A stretch of DNA of 64,000 nt from Babesia bigemina (Eukaryota): NCBI RefSeq assembly GCF_000981445.1, contig NC_027218.1:1674001-1738000 (forward strand), in the 5' to 3' direction. A model generated the notes under the pieces. The model searched no databases. It was not told the origin of the DNA and saw nothing but the letters and a program-made list of their open reading frames with translations. Both the position numbers and the translations under genes were made by a program. Shown here in pieces: positions 11,107 through 22,880 of this stretch; position 1 is the stretch's first letter; every line of letters starts with the position of its first letter.

Positions 11107-13974
11107 ATGGCAAATTTTAGAAATATGACGCCTCTACAGATATTTTGCGCGATATGTCTGTATTGCCTTAGGGGTATTGATGCCTCGGTTTGTGACTTCG
11201 GGGGGCCAGATCAGCTACTTGGTCAGAATGATCTAGCTATATGCGACAAGTATGCGGATTTCTTGAAGTTTGAAACTGTGATATGTCCACGCCATGTCGA
11301 CGGTACCGAGTATGCGTGGCATCCTCAGTCGACGTCGGCGGATTATTTTCGGATTAACACGTATGTAGGTGTTAATGGCAAGCTTAGATCGGTTGCTCAT
11401 TCGCATGTCGTTCGTTCGGAATCCGGCAAGCGATTTTTCTGGGTAGAATCCGACCCGTTGCAAATGAAGCTGCATTTCTACATACCATACCATGAATTCG
11501 TTGCTATTAACGAACGCCGTTTGATATTTATCTGCGGTCCGCGAAATCTGGTTTTGACTGATGCGTTGCAGCAACACATTTATCAGCTAAGTGCCCTTCA
11601 ACCAGAGGCACGTCCTCGGAGTTCAACCATACCTTTGACTGAAGAAATAGCCAAGACTGGGCAGAGCTTGGGTGTGGTGTTCCTGTACAGAAAAAACATG
11701 CATCAGCCTCTCCAGGGTTGTGGCAGCCGCCCCTCGCCACTATTCGCTCCGGATAATGAGGTGGATGTAGATCCCGAGACTGGTACACGCTCATGCGTGG
11801 CTGATCCTATGTCAGAATCACCTATTGGGTTCCTGTGCGAAGGCAGAATTGAGCCTGAAAATTGCATGAAGTCCCTCATTAACCCTAGAGGCAAAGTTGC
11901 AACTGCTCCTCGCCCACGTCCCTACTGGGACGTCAAAGGCTACGGGCCTTGGGTTGTAGGCAAATATTTTAATGACTTAGCATTGCCACCTATAGATGGC
12001 GAATGCAAATGTAAAGACCCCAAAACGGGTCAGGTGAATGCCAAGATAAAGATCAGATCGAAAACTGACTACATTTGTGACATTGCTAGCAAAATATTAC
12101 GTAACCGATCTCAACCAATCAGCGGCCCGTGGTGTTCGGTAGTGCTTCATCCGGGAAGCACACTAACAATCAAATTTCCAATAAATAATTCTAATCTGGA
12201 GGCTCCCAAGGAGGGGGATCCCACTGTCACATTCTCGCAAATGATGTCTCTCCATGAATACCAGACTGAATTTCAGCCATATAACTTGAATACCCTGAGA
12301 CAAGTGACCTCAGGACATGACGTTGATACGTACAACGAAATCCCGTACCACGACGCTCTTGTCGGTGATGCTCTCGAGTTGGACCTTTCCCAAATGCACC
12401 GAGGAGAGGTGATGCTGAAGTACCATGTAGGCAAAGCTCTCACCTTGAAAAGCGGATTGAACTCGTTTTATTATCAGTGCACATTTACATCTAATAAGCA
12501 CGTAATTGATAGTATTCGACCCGTAGTCAATGTCTCTTTCGCATATACCCATCACTACCAGATGAGAGGTTGCGACCGAGGGGCACAAGCTGTATTCGAT
12601 CCCAATAGTAACAGGTCATATTGTTCTACCATATCCATGGGAAATAATATAAGGAATACGTATGAATGCGTTTATAACATGCGGCAAGTTCGTCAAGCTG
12701 GTATTCACTGCGGAATAAATGAGGTACTGTTACCTGGCAACTGTGGGTCCACAATATATGATGTTTTCTCTGATGAAGTCATTCCGTTGCCTCAATCGAT
12801 CAAAACCGCCACGCGACTATCCATTCCAGGATTTCAGCTCTTCAACATTGAAATCGGCAAAGCTGGTGCCTTCAGTCTTGCTTGCTTCTGCCTTGACCAA
12901 CGTGGGCACGAAACTTCCAGAGTTGTTTTTAAGAAAACAGAGAGTCTGCGTTACACTTTCAAAACACGTCGCGTGGATACGGCTCTTAATCGAACGCGAA
13001 TCCGGTATATGTTATTAAAGACCACCGATCTGTTGCTTGAAGAATCCACACCAACAAAATTGATTATGGCACATAAAGCGCTGAAAAAGTCGATTACATT
13101 GGCTGTTGGTAAACGGTTGATACTAGAGTGTAAATTTGGTTTTCATGACATAGAAGCCTATCACGGTGCAATGCAAATTGAGGAGGGGTGGCCATTAACG
13201 AAATGGTGGCCAAATCAACCAGACATATTCTATTATGCCGTAACCCATACAAAACATGGTGATCAGCTTATTCGTAAGAAATATGAAAATGAAATTATTA
13301 CCACTCCGGGTGATTTTAAACTCATTTATAGAGACCTATTAAGAACAGAGCGATATCAAAGTTTGATAATCGAAGCTCATAAAGACTCCCTGATTATATC
13401 GAAGGATCCAATGCATAAGTACATTGTACCCTTGACATTTGTCTGCGGCAAAGAGCTTGAACCAGCGGATGCGGCAATCATCGACGGTGAGGTCCCTGCA
13501 TCTACAACTACCCATGTCCTACGGTCCTCCAAAGTATTTACGTGGCATTTAGTTGAAGTTAACTTAGAGGCTACGGACCCCTACATGCAAGGCTGCGGAG
13601 TCACATATGCGTCCGCTGGATTGTTCAAGCCTGAGACACCCAAACTCTACAATGCGGAAGGGCAAGAAATTGGTTGCAAGATAGATATTAATACTGCCGG
13701 TGAGGCGGCATTCTACTGCCCAGCTCCTTACGTTTTGGACCCACCCGGTTGCTTCGACCAGGTCTCCGTGAACGGTAGAGTGCATGACCTAAGAGTAATC
13801 AGCCGATCATTGCTCACGATGTGTTCCGACCACTTCGTCACAGTGAAGTTCGACGGTGCTCGTATAGGACCTGGGGATATTATGTGGCAAAAACCGCTAT
13901 TGGAGTGTCGCTGCGTCACTACCAAGGGTATCGTTCTCTCCACTATACAGCTCGAGCACTACTACGCCGAGTAA
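11107..13974 (+). CDS. 6-Cys (s48/45 domain) family secreted protein, copy 1
   Basis: Signal peptide, then repeated Cys patterns: CDF, QGCG..C..C..PENC..ECKC, RGCD..CFC and DPYMQGCG..FYCPAPY..PPGC..ECRC. Intronless. Confidence 0.85.
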   Translation: MANFRNMTPLQIFCAICLYCLRGIDASVCDFGGPDQLLGQNDLAICDKYADFLKFETVICPRHVDGTEYAWHPQSTSADYFRINTYVGVNGKLRSVAHSHVVRSESGKRFFWVESDPLQMKLHFYIPYHEFVAINERRLIFICGPRNLVLTDALQQHIYQLSALQPEARPRSSTIPLTEEIAKTGQSLGVVFLYRKNMHQPLQGCGSRPSPLFAPDNEVDVDPETGTRSCVADPMSESPIGFLCEGRIEPENCMKSLINPRGKVATAPRPRPYWDVKGYGPWVVGKYFNDLALPPIDGECKCKDPKTGQVNAKIKIRSKTDYICDIASKILRNRSQPISGPWCSVVLHPGSTLTIKFPINNSNLEAPKEGDPTVTFSQMMSLHEYQTEFQPYNLNTLRQVTSGHDVDTYNEIPYHDALVGDALELDLSQMHRGEVMLKYHVGKALTLKSGLNSFYYQCTFTSNKHVIDSIRPVVNVSFAYTHHYQMRGCDRGAQAVFDPNSNRSYCSTISMGNNIRNTYECVYNMRQVRQAGIHCGINEVLLPGNCGSTIYDVFSDEVIPLPQSIKTATRLSIPGFQLFNIEIGKAGAFSLACFCLDQRGHETSRVVFKKTESLRYTFKTRRVDTALNRTRIRYMLLKTTDLLLEESTPTKLIMAHKALKKSITLAVGKRLILECKFGFHDIEAYHGAMQIEEGWPLTKWWPNQPDIFYYAVTHTKHGDQLIRKKYENEIITTPGDFKLIYRDLLRTERYQSLIIEAHKDSLIISKDPMHKYIVPLTFVCGKELEPADAAIIDGEVPASTTTHVLRSSKVFTWHLVEVNLEATDPYMQGCGVTYASAGLFKPETPKLYNAEGQEIGCKIDINTAGEAAFYCPAPYVLDPPGCFDQVSVNGRVHDLRVISRSLLTMCSDHFVTVKFDGARIGPGDIMWQKPLLECRCVTTKGIVLSTIQLEHYYAE

Positions 13975-16057
13975 CAAGTAGCTCAGATTTTTTTAACCCC
14001 TTTGGCAACAACGAACTTTAATTGTCAATGCATGATGATAGCTCTGTTTGTTTGTGTCTCCAGTGACAGCGTGGCTTTGATGTAATGTGGTAATACCGGT
14101 GGTAAAATCTGACAGTATATTTTAGCGCTACCGGTGGCATTCTTGCTTAGCATGATTTTTAATGACACCAGTTGTGAAAATGATGGGTAGACACGTGCCA
14201 CCACGCTTTGGGTCTGCGTTGTGCGCCAAGCTAAATAGTTAGGTGCGCACAGCCCTTAGTATATCTGCTCACCATTTAAAATGTCTAATATGCTCTTAAT
14301 AAACAACCATGAGCACTACATTAAGTTTAGAAGCACAGTTGAGTAGCTTCATTAGGGTTGAAAGCCATCCACCGTGGTAGTGACTGGCCACGTTAGATAA
14401 GCTCTGGGAAAGCATACAGCAAATGATTCATCTGCTTATAATATCATACAAGCACAGTACGCTAAATCATATGTTTCATAAGGCCAGATTGAATCCGAAT
14501 AACAACTACGAAAACCGTGCTTAGAAGTGCCACCGAACTAAGCGCTTACCGCTTGATGCGATGGACGAGAGAACAACGGCTTCAAAAGTGGTACGGTGAG
14601 CGCCGGGAATACGTTGAATCGTTTGAAAATGGAATCAATTACAGATATGGTGAACTATTTTCAACAACCGTCAACTCAATGAAAAGTTGGACCTCGTCAC
14701 TGCATGGATGTGGCGCTGTCAGAATGCCCGCTTCTGTGTTAATACATTGACAACATGGGAAATGCGACAAGCACCAGTGAGTTAGTGGTTGAATTGAACA
14801 TCTGCAGTTATAAAGTGGGTTACGGAACAGTTGGTACGACAGCACAATTCCCCTACCAATAGCAATGTGGGTATCAATGATTTAGAAGGCGGCAATGTCG
14901 GGTTTCCATTTGAACATCGACGAAACCATAACAACTATATACTTCGCACGGAAATAATTATAAGGGTACCTAACGTCCAACCCAGCTGTCCTGTAAGAAT
15001 TTGGATGAGGCCTATGGTGGCAGTCTTGGAGGTCACATTCGGGATACTCATTCGGATATAAGACCACCGTCATATGCGTATTTTACTATTTCAATATGCG
15101 GTAAATATGCCAAATTAGTAGTGGCATGAGTTGATGGAGTTACATTCCGTTAAACTTCTAATTAGCTTAGATTTTGATAAGGAAGCGTTGTGAGGGAATG
15201 TGGGCAATTGCAATTCAGGAATCCCGAAATAGACGCCCATAGGGAAATTAAGAATATGTATAAGCTGTTTAACACGCAGTCTCGGGCCCACAACGCGTGA
15301 GACAAAACATTTTTAACGCAAAGAGCACGTTAGGTAAACAACCGGCGCACTAGTTTAATACGCAAGTATCGTAGGTGTATACATACACCCAAAATAATTC
15401 ACGCACAAACAATAATCAACAAGATGATGGCGCCCGGGATTCAGCAACATGGGCCGAGAAGACAGGCATCCTAAGAGGAAGGTGAATTTATGACGTGAGG
15501 TGCTATTGTCACACATCGACAGGCGCCAAAATCAATTATAACGTCCACTGAGAGCAATAGTAATTGTGCTAATCATGGAAGACAGGTAAATGTGGACTTG
15601 AATTTCTTATTGTGACAGGTGTGTTGATAACCAGCATACCACGCACGACGCCGCAGGCTTCCTATGACATTGCTATCTACCTCTCGCAATACTTAGAAAA
15701 TATATATACGGCTACGAATTATTCTAGCACCTCTAGATTCAATGTGCGTCGTTCTGCCCGAACCTGTCACCCGTCGACTCGCGTTATGCGCGCTGCAGAA
15801 GACTTTATAGCCTAGAACTGGCCGCAACATGGAATTTAAGTCGCCATCAAGTTATACGATTTTGTATGGTGGCTGTCTATGTTGGTACCTATGTTTATAT
15901 AAGGCGCATGTCTCTTAGAAGGCAAGGAAAGTTGGGTTGTCTTCACCCGCCATTAACACCCGCATTTAAAAGCGCGGTCTGTTCTAAAGCTGACCTGCAC
16001 GTAGGAGGGTTACACACACGTTCATACAGTTCGTCTAATTTAACGATTATTCACAAA

Positions 16058-17062
16058 ATGCTGTACAATTCGTTGACCGATATTCCTCGTAACCTCAAGG
16101 AGGGCATTGACTGGTTGATGGCCGTCAAGGGAAGTTGTGACGAGAACAACTGGAAGGCTATGGTTGGCGCAGTTCACCATCTGTTCTCAAAACACTCTGC
16201 TAGATATCAGCAGTTGCCAGCTCTCGAGAAAATTAAAAGCGTAGCCAAGGAGTTCCTGCAGAAACCGGGGCTGAGGGATAACGTGGTCGCGAAAGAAGTA
16301 CTGGAATTGTTCGATACTCTGGATAGCGCCGCAAAGACAGGGGAAAAGGCCTCCCCATACAAATACTATGATGAGAATGGACACGCCATAAGAGTCAAGG
16401 GTGCAAAACCTGAATACATCGAACAGACCTTACGCAAAGTTGTGGATGGTTGTGAAAAGTTCTTGGAAGATATAAAAAGACCTGAAACGTACAGGTCTGC
16501 TTACAGTTCAGAAGCGACTTGGGAGGCATCATGTTCGGAGAAGCCGGAAGATTGCGCAGTGGTCCTCGTGGGAATTGCGCCAATGTTGTACGCAGGTCTA
16601 CAATCGTTGTCGGATGTGGCCGAACAGGACAACGGATGGTTCATCAGTGTAACAACATATAAGAATCCGGGAGAAGTGTTGATACCTCTGGGTTACTACT
16701 CGTCGGAATGCCGCGCTGACCTAAATGGCGCAGAAATATTCAGGATTTTTAATAGTTTGGATGAAGATTTATTCCACAAAACGTATGCCCTCGCAGGATT
16801 TGACACTTTTTACGGATCTGATATGGTGCAGAATCTGCCAGTTGAGCAATCTATTAAACCTGTACAACTTGTAGAGGAAGCCGTAGTAGCTCAAACATTT
16901 GTAGGCTCTGCGAAAGCAGGCAAGAGTGCGAAAGGTACAAAATTAGGAAAGTCGGGGAAACATGGAAAACCCGAGAAATCTGGGAAACATGGAAAATCCG
17001 GGAAATCTGGGAAACATGGAAAATCCGAAAAATCAGGAAAACACAGTAAAGCTGGAAAATAA
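16058..17062 (+). CDS. VESA1-like (variant erythrocyte surface antigen family) short protein with Lys-rich C-terminal repeat
   Basis: Babesia ves-type N-terminus MLYNSLTDIPRNLKEGIDWL, plus Y.SAYS..ATW..SC...PEDCAVVLVGIAPMLYAGL. Confidence 0.75.
   Translation: MLYNSLTDIPRNLKEGIDWLMAVKGSCDENNWKAMVGAVHHLFSKHSARYQQLPALEKIKSVAKEFLQKPGLRDNVVAKEVLELFDTLDSAAKTGEKASPYKYYDENGHAIRVKGAKPEYIEQTLRKVVDGCEKFLEDIKRPETYRSAYSSEATWEASCSEKPEDCAVVLVGIAPMLYAGLQSLSDVAEQDNGWFISVTTYKNPGEVLIPLGYYSSECRADLNGAEIFRIFNSLDEDLFHKTYALAGFDTFYGSDMVQNLPVEQSIKPVQLVEEAVVAQTFVGSAKAGKSAKGTKLGKSGKHGKPEKSGKHGKSGKSGKHGKSEKSGKHSKAGK
16949..17056 (+). repeat. Coding tandem repeat, 4 x 27 nt (KSGKHGK[P/S][E/G])
   Basis: Units at 16949, 16976, 17003 and 17030 with consensus AAATCTGGGAAACATGGAAAATCCG. 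The fourth unit is degenerate. Confidence 0.9.
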
Positions 17063-17818
17063 GATAAACAATAGAATATTCTGGGTCCGTATTCCGAGTG
17101 ACCGGGTGACGCGGGAATTTTCGAGGCACTTCTAATGTACAAAGTGTAGTGAGCACTCATTGTGGATGCAATGCACACCCATCGCACTGAGTGCTCCATA
17201 TAAGCTCAAATAGTTCTTGGTGTCCCCTGTATGGTATTCAGGACGCAACTTTCCGTGTGGTTCAAACGTAGTCGCTTCAATGTCCGTACACCCAACGGAC
17301 ATTGTAGATACTTGCAACTTATTATCATCTGTGCAGATAACTTAGCGTTTTCTGATCGCTGGGCGATCCTGGCCATTTCGGCATAGCTCGTTATCGTATC
17401 CATCAGTTAAGCGCAATGTCCTTCTTTCCGAGGCGTATGAACACGTAGGCCTAGCATAACTTTGCTAGTTGTGACCCTCCCAAGTGTTCGTGCAGTCATT
17501 TCTCCCGGTAGCTTCAAGTTATGGCGCGGGTCATTTAGATGCCCACGCATTTATGGGCCTTGTAAGCCGCTTGCTTACTGAGCCGTGCAACGAGGCGGTA
17601 GACGGTATTATACGGACACCGAGTGTCATTTGATATGCTGAGAACCGCATGTTGTGTAACTTAAGGCCAACGTTAGGAACGTACAGAGTGTGGGCATCTG
17701 TTACTGGAGGTAGCTCTCCGTAACACACCTAGTATCTCATGACAAGTTAGTCGCGCATAAACGTAACATTACTCCCCCAATCATTAACTATGCAATTTTT
17801 GTTTGGAGCCGACTTTGG

Positions 17819-18652
17819 TCAGAACGCTGCCATGAGACCAATGGCGACCATGGTGTTAATAACCATAATGCCCAGAGCCGCGTGTCCGGATGAATCCTTG
17901 GTATTCTTCATGCCGTGTATATGGTCAGTTGTGATTTCCTCCTCGTGTTGAGCGTCCATTTCGTTAGACGGCTTCTCGTCAGTCTTGCGTTGTTGCTGAT
18001 TCATTGTTCGTGGGAGAGGTGTATTAGCGTTCAACACAGCCTTGCCACCGCGTCTAATCTGAGGTGATTTGGGCCCTCTATGTTTTTCAATAAGCGCTTG
18101 CGTTCTTTCTATAATTTGTTTATGATCTACTTCAAAATTGATATTAACAAGCGCAGCCGCATACGTTTCTAGATTTTTGAATTGTATCTCTAGATCGGCA
18201 AGTTCCTTATTAAGCTCAGCCGACCTTTCCCGTGTTACACCTTTATTTTGAAGAGCTGTTTTTATGGAGTCGTATTGAGCAAATAGATTTGCTAGTTGGT
18301 CATATTTGTCCTTGTGTATTACAGTTTGAATGGTTTTCAATAAATTTTTACATTCCCGTAGTTCTGCTTCTTTAGCTTCTGGCGAAGAGTCGGACTTAGG
18401 TATTACCGATGTGAGGACAGCCAGATACCTCTTCATGTCATCAACACCTGCAATTAGAGTCGTGTAGCTCTTGAGACGTGTACGGCATTCGGGATCATTG
18501 GCATAAAATGCAAGGGTTTTCTCCCCTTTTCCTGCAACATCTGGATCACCAGCTCCCCCTACAGCGCCCACAGCAGATGCATTTATGATGACCGTGTAGA
18601 GATATAAAAGGTATGCAAAACGCCTCCACATACAGTCGTGAATAGATGCCAT
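17819..18652 (-). CDS. Putative GPI-anchored helical surface protein
   Basis: N-terminal hydrophobic signal, alpha-helical body, polar linker, and C-terminal DSSG followed by the hydrophobic tail HAALGIMVINTMVAIGLMAAF*. Confidence 0.75.
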   Translation of the reverse strand: MASIHDCMWRRFAYLLYLYTVIINASAVGAVGGAGDPDVAGKGEKTLAFYANDPECRTRLKSYTTLIAGVDDMKRYLAVLTSVIPKSDSSPEAKEAELRECKNLLKTIQTVIHKDKYDQLANLFAQYDSIKTALQNKGVTRERSAELNKELADLEIQFKNLETYAAALVNINFEVDHKQIIERTQALIEKHRGPKSPQIRRGGKAVLNANTPLPRTMNQQQRKTDEKPSNEMDAQHEEEITTDHIHGMKNTKDSSGHAALGIMVINTMVAIGLMAAF

Positions 18653-19925
18653 TTTTTTAACCGGTTGAATTAGGGAACGGTGACATGAAATGCCAGTACC
18701 TAAAATGATATATTTGCAATTCGTGTGATTCCGTACTGAATCTCATGTACCACGACAAAATGTATGTATTTCAAAGCACCAACGATGCTATCCACACATA
18801 ATTATTTGGGAGTATGAACTTGGGTGACTCAATATTGTACTTACTGATAAAAATAGTTTTGTTTTGCGTCAAACATTCATTTGCATGAAACGTGAAGTAA
18901 CAGATTGCTGAACATCTAGAACACCTGCATCTTGTCTGAGGTTCATTGGCGATTCCTCACAGTTTGTTATTTTCCCTCTGACGCATGTAGACAGGTAATG
19001 AGCACAAACGTATCGCCTTGTTCAGTGATGAGCAAATTTTATTTTTTTGCTATCGTGCTAATAACCGGAATAACCATGCAAATCATATCACCACTCAATG
19101 ACGAATCGTCACACATTGAGCAAGGCATTATATGTTCGAAGGCACGCTCGCTTGAGAGTCGAACGCGTTAGGGACGAATTTCGGAATCACGGTGATTCAC
19201 AGACATCTAACGCGTCGAATGTTCAACTTATACTAGACTAGCTCATGTTGCTGCTCTACAAATATTACGGTACGACTTCACTTGTTATATTCGTCTGAAT
19301 GCTTGTCTGGCGCAGTGTACGTGCATATATGTGGCACGGGCATTTTTCACACTTAATGGAGACATTCCCCTCGCACACTATAGATGTATGTCGGAGTTCA
19401 TGCTCCGTGTGACCGCGGAACTCATGCCACGTCATCAATCCTGCCTGGCTGTAATCGCCGATGGCAGTCGTGATATACTTGCCCCAACAAAGTTAGAATC
19501 GTGGGCAATTTCGATTTAAGAAAACGATAAAGGTAATATTCCACCAATGCACGACGATTATGTCCCGTAGCTTATGCTCGTTTGCTCATGGAAACGCAAC
19601 CCATGTTGAGATGTAGAGACCCTCTTTCATGTTCCAATTTTAATCTCACAATGATTTAATCAATCTTGACACAGTTAAGACGCGACATGTGTGTAGTAAC
19701 AGCTCGCTTCATTTTTTTTCCTCCGTAGAAAAGTGTCGACGAAACTTCTTAGCTGCGTTGCTGCCTAGCTGCTGATGGGTGGTGCTTCTCGGTTGTAATG
19801 CCCAATCGCAAGCCATTATTAGGTGTAAAAGGGCTTTCTTTTTACACATCTAAAAGTTGTATATGGCTTAGAAAGCATACGTATTTGGTGCGCTTGATGT
19901 CAATAGTAAGGCTCAATCGGTAACC

Positions 19926-22880
19926 ATGGCCAAAGTCAGCTCTCAGAGGTCCATTTGGGCATTCTGTGGAATCTGGTTGTGTTCTATTGTACGGCTGGTC
20001 GCATCTAATTGCGATTTCGCACGTCCGCGTGATATACTCGCCAGCAATGCGCTTGTTGCGTGCCACAAAAACCTCGAATTTACCTACAGCGCATCCGCGA
20101 ACTGCCCTCGCCGAGTCAACAACATTGAGTATGTCTGGCATCCTCAACCAAGTTCGGATGAGAACGGCCAAATCAACACGTATGTGGGTGAATCCGATGA
20201 GCTTCGTACCGTCCCTCTGTCGACTGTATTACGCACTGAAGACCAACACGAATTTATCACTGTGGAATCGAAATTTTTGGTAACGGATATCAAGTTCACA
20301 AAACCTTATACTAGGACCTTTGCTATCACGCAACGTCGTCTGATATTTATCTGCGGACCGAAATATTTGGAGCTGAATGATGAATTGCAGCGATACCTGC
20401 ACCGCCTCGATAACTTTGGTCCAAATCAAGTTCTTCCTTGGAATGTGGGCTCACCTATGATACAGGAAATATCCAAGATAGGGGGTGGTTTGGGTGTTTT
20501 TTACTTGGTCAGAGGACGTATGGATCGCCCATACCAGGGCTGTGGAAGCCGTCCCTCGCCTCTGTTTGATGCGGAAAATGAGGTTTCCATAGACCCGGAT
20601 ACCGGAACAGTTTCATGTGTGGCGGATCCTATGTCCTTATCGCCCATAGGTTTCGTTTGCGAAGGCCTAATTGAACCTGCTGATTGCATGATGTCTCTCA
20701 TTAACAAGAGTGACGAAGTTGCGACTGTTACTACACCACATTTATACAATGATTTCGAAAAGAATGGGAAATGGGTCGTAGCGCGATATTTTAATGGCTT
20801 GGCATTACCACCCATCGATGGTGAATGCCGGTGCGTCGATTCAGAAACCGGTCGGGTGAAAGCCAAAATAGAAATCCGTTCTAAAACCGAATACGTCTGT
20901 GATATTTCAAAAGAGATTTTCTCTAAGCCTTTCAGCCATGTGAGTGGCCCCTGGTGTTCAGTTGTACTCCATCCAGGCAGCACCTTGACTATAAGGTTGC
21001 CCACAGAACAGATAAACACAGCTCCCACCGTAAGAGCCTCCGAAGATGATGTCAACACAAATTTCGATATGGAAGTCGACGAGGACGCGTCCGCCGTCGC
21101 CCTCTCCCCACTGCCGTCTGTCTATGATTACGAGACTGAATTTCTGCCAAGTGAGTTGTATACGCTGAGACACTTAGCTAGCGTTTTTGGCTTTGTTATT
21201 CACGACGAGTCGATGCACCACGAAGCAATCGCTGGCGACGCGCTGGAATTTGACGTTTCGCAAATGGAGAGAGGAGAGGTAAAAATAAGGTATCATCTGG
21301 ATAAACCCATGGCGCTACGTCACGCATCTAATGCGTTCTATTACCATTGGACTTTGATATCTAAGGACAAGAATGTTCGGGACAAGGTACGTGGTACCAT
21401 AGCTTTGCATATGGCGTTCACCCATGAGTACAACATAATTGGTTGCGACCGAAGGCCACAAAGCGTATTCAATCCTAAGATTAGCCAGAAACATTGCTCA
21501 GTGAAATCCATGGGTAACGGTATAGGAGATGTTTACGAATGCGCTGCCCCTATCAAGGAAGATTTTAAGCAGACCGCCGGTATATACTGCAGGTCTGATG
21601 AGGAACTGTTACCACCTACATGTCAGTCCCTGGGTTACGATCTACGCAAGAATAGGATCGTTTCAATTCCTGCATCTCTGCGACATGCAACGCCATACCC
21701 CATTCGAGGATTCCAGCTGTTCGACTATTTCTACCGCAGCAATAACCCTGTCAGCTACGCTTGCTCTTGTGTCGACCAACGTGGATATGAGAAGTCCAGG
21801 CTTATTGTTACATCGCATCAGCATGAAAACGTCACCTCCATAATATATGGCGACTATGCGAATCCTACATTACTTCCTCGCATATTACTGCCTTGGGACG
21901 AGGTTGAATTGTCAAGTGAGGGGCGCACACCGCCCGCCCCTCTTGTGCTAAAACACGTGTCTCAGGAATCATTTGAGTTGGATCTAGGTAAAACGCTGTC
22001 CATTACATGTGGGATTGCGGCTGCTTGGTTTTCTCATGGGAACACAACGTATGATGCTCCTCATGTTCGCATTGATGAGGACTTGGCAGCAACATGGCTG
22101 CCAAAACATCCTGAAGAGTTCTACTATTCGGTAAACGAAACTAACGATGTTATTGAACTTGTAAAGGCGACATACGGTAGTTCTATAGTTACAACCCCAG
22201 GTGGATTCCAAGTTGGCTACCACAGTGACGAAAATGGAACTGAGCCTTCTAAATTAGTGCTTCGGTCAACCATGGGCGCTATATTGATTTCCAAAAATGC
22301 AACTTATAAGCAATTTGTGCCCATGACGTTCGTCTGCAGCAAAAGACCGGAGCCATCGGATTTGTCCGTTATCACCGATAATGCATCGACCTCAGACGCA
22401 CCCGAACAACCCATTGCTAATGCCTTAGAATCAGCAACAGGAGCCACGTGGAATATTGTTGAAGTTAAAGTCGAAATGACGGACCCCTATATGCAGGGCT
22501 GTGGAGTTACGTATTCGTCCACTGAGTTGTTCAAACCTGAGACACCCAAACTCTACGATGCTGATGGGCAAGAGATCGGTTGCCAGATTGACATCAATAC
22601 GGCACACAAAGCAGCGTTTTACTGCCCAGCACCGTACGTCATGGATCCACCCAACTGCTTCACACAAGTCTATGTCGGTGCTGAGCGGAAGAACCTAAAA
22701 GACATCAGCGAATCATTGATGGCGTATCGATCCAGTCACTTCGTCATCCTGAGATTCGAACGTCTCCGAATAAGATCCAAGGAAACACTGCGCCAGACGC
22801 CGCCGTTGGAGTGCCGATGCGTCACCGCTAAGGGCGTCGTTCTCTCCACTATACAGATTGAGAACTACTACGCCGAGTAA
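19926..22880 (+). CDS. 6-Cys (s48/45 domain) family secreted protein, copy 2
   Basis: Colinear paralog of 11107-13974. Shared blocks include QGCGSRPSPLF, LALPPIDGEC, SGPWCSVVLHPGSTLTI, DPYMQGCGVTY and LSTIQ.E.YYAE*. Confidence 0.85.
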   Translation: MAKVSSQRSIWAFCGIWLCSIVRLVASNCDFARPRDILASNALVACHKNLEFTYSASANCPRRVNNIEYVWHPQPSSDENGQINTYVGESDELRTVPLSTVLRTEDQHEFITVESKFLVTDIKFTKPYTRTFAITQRRLIFICGPKYLELNDELQRYLHRLDNFGPNQVLPWNVGSPMIQEISKIGGGLGVFYLVRGRMDRPYQGCGSRPSPLFDAENEVSIDPDTGTVSCVADPMSLSPIGFVCEGLIEPADCMMSLINKSDEVATVTTPHLYNDFEKNGKWVVARYFNGLALPPIDGECRCVDSETGRVKAKIEIRSKTEYVCDISKEIFSKPFSHVSGPWCSVVLHPGSTLTIRLPTEQINTAPTVRASEDDVNTNFDMEVDEDASAVALSPLPSVYDYETEFLPSELYTLRHLASVFGFVIHDESMHHEAIAGDALEFDVSQMERGEVKIRYHLDKPMALRHASNAFYYHWTLISKDKNVRDKVRGTIALHMAFTHEYNIIGCDRRPQSVFNPKISQKHCSVKSMGNGIGDVYECAAPIKEDFKQTAGIYCRSDEELLPPTCQSLGYDLRKNRIVSIPASLRHATPYPIRGFQLFDYFYRSNNPVSYACSCVDQRGYEKSRLIVTSHQHENVTSIIYGDYANPTLLPRILLPWDEVELSSEGRTPPAPLVLKHVSQESFELDLGKTLSITCGIAAAWFSHGNTTYDAPHVRIDEDLAATWLPKHPEEFYYSVNETNDVIELVKATYGSSIVTTPGGFQVGYHSDENGTEPSKLVLRSTMGAILISKNATYKQFVPMTFVCSKRPEPSDLSVITDNASTSDAPEQPIANALESATGATWNIVEVKVEMTDPYMQGCGVTYSSTELFKPETPKLYDADGQEIGCQIDINTAHKAAFYCPAPYVMDPPNCFTQVYVGAERKNLKDISESLMAYRSSHFVILRFERLRIRSKETLRQTPPLECRCVTAKGVVLSTIQIENYYAE

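Noticed and set aside
16891..17199. Antisense ORF with FPDFPCFPDF repeats
   Set aside because: It is the reverse complement of the Lys-rich repeat of the VESA-like gene.
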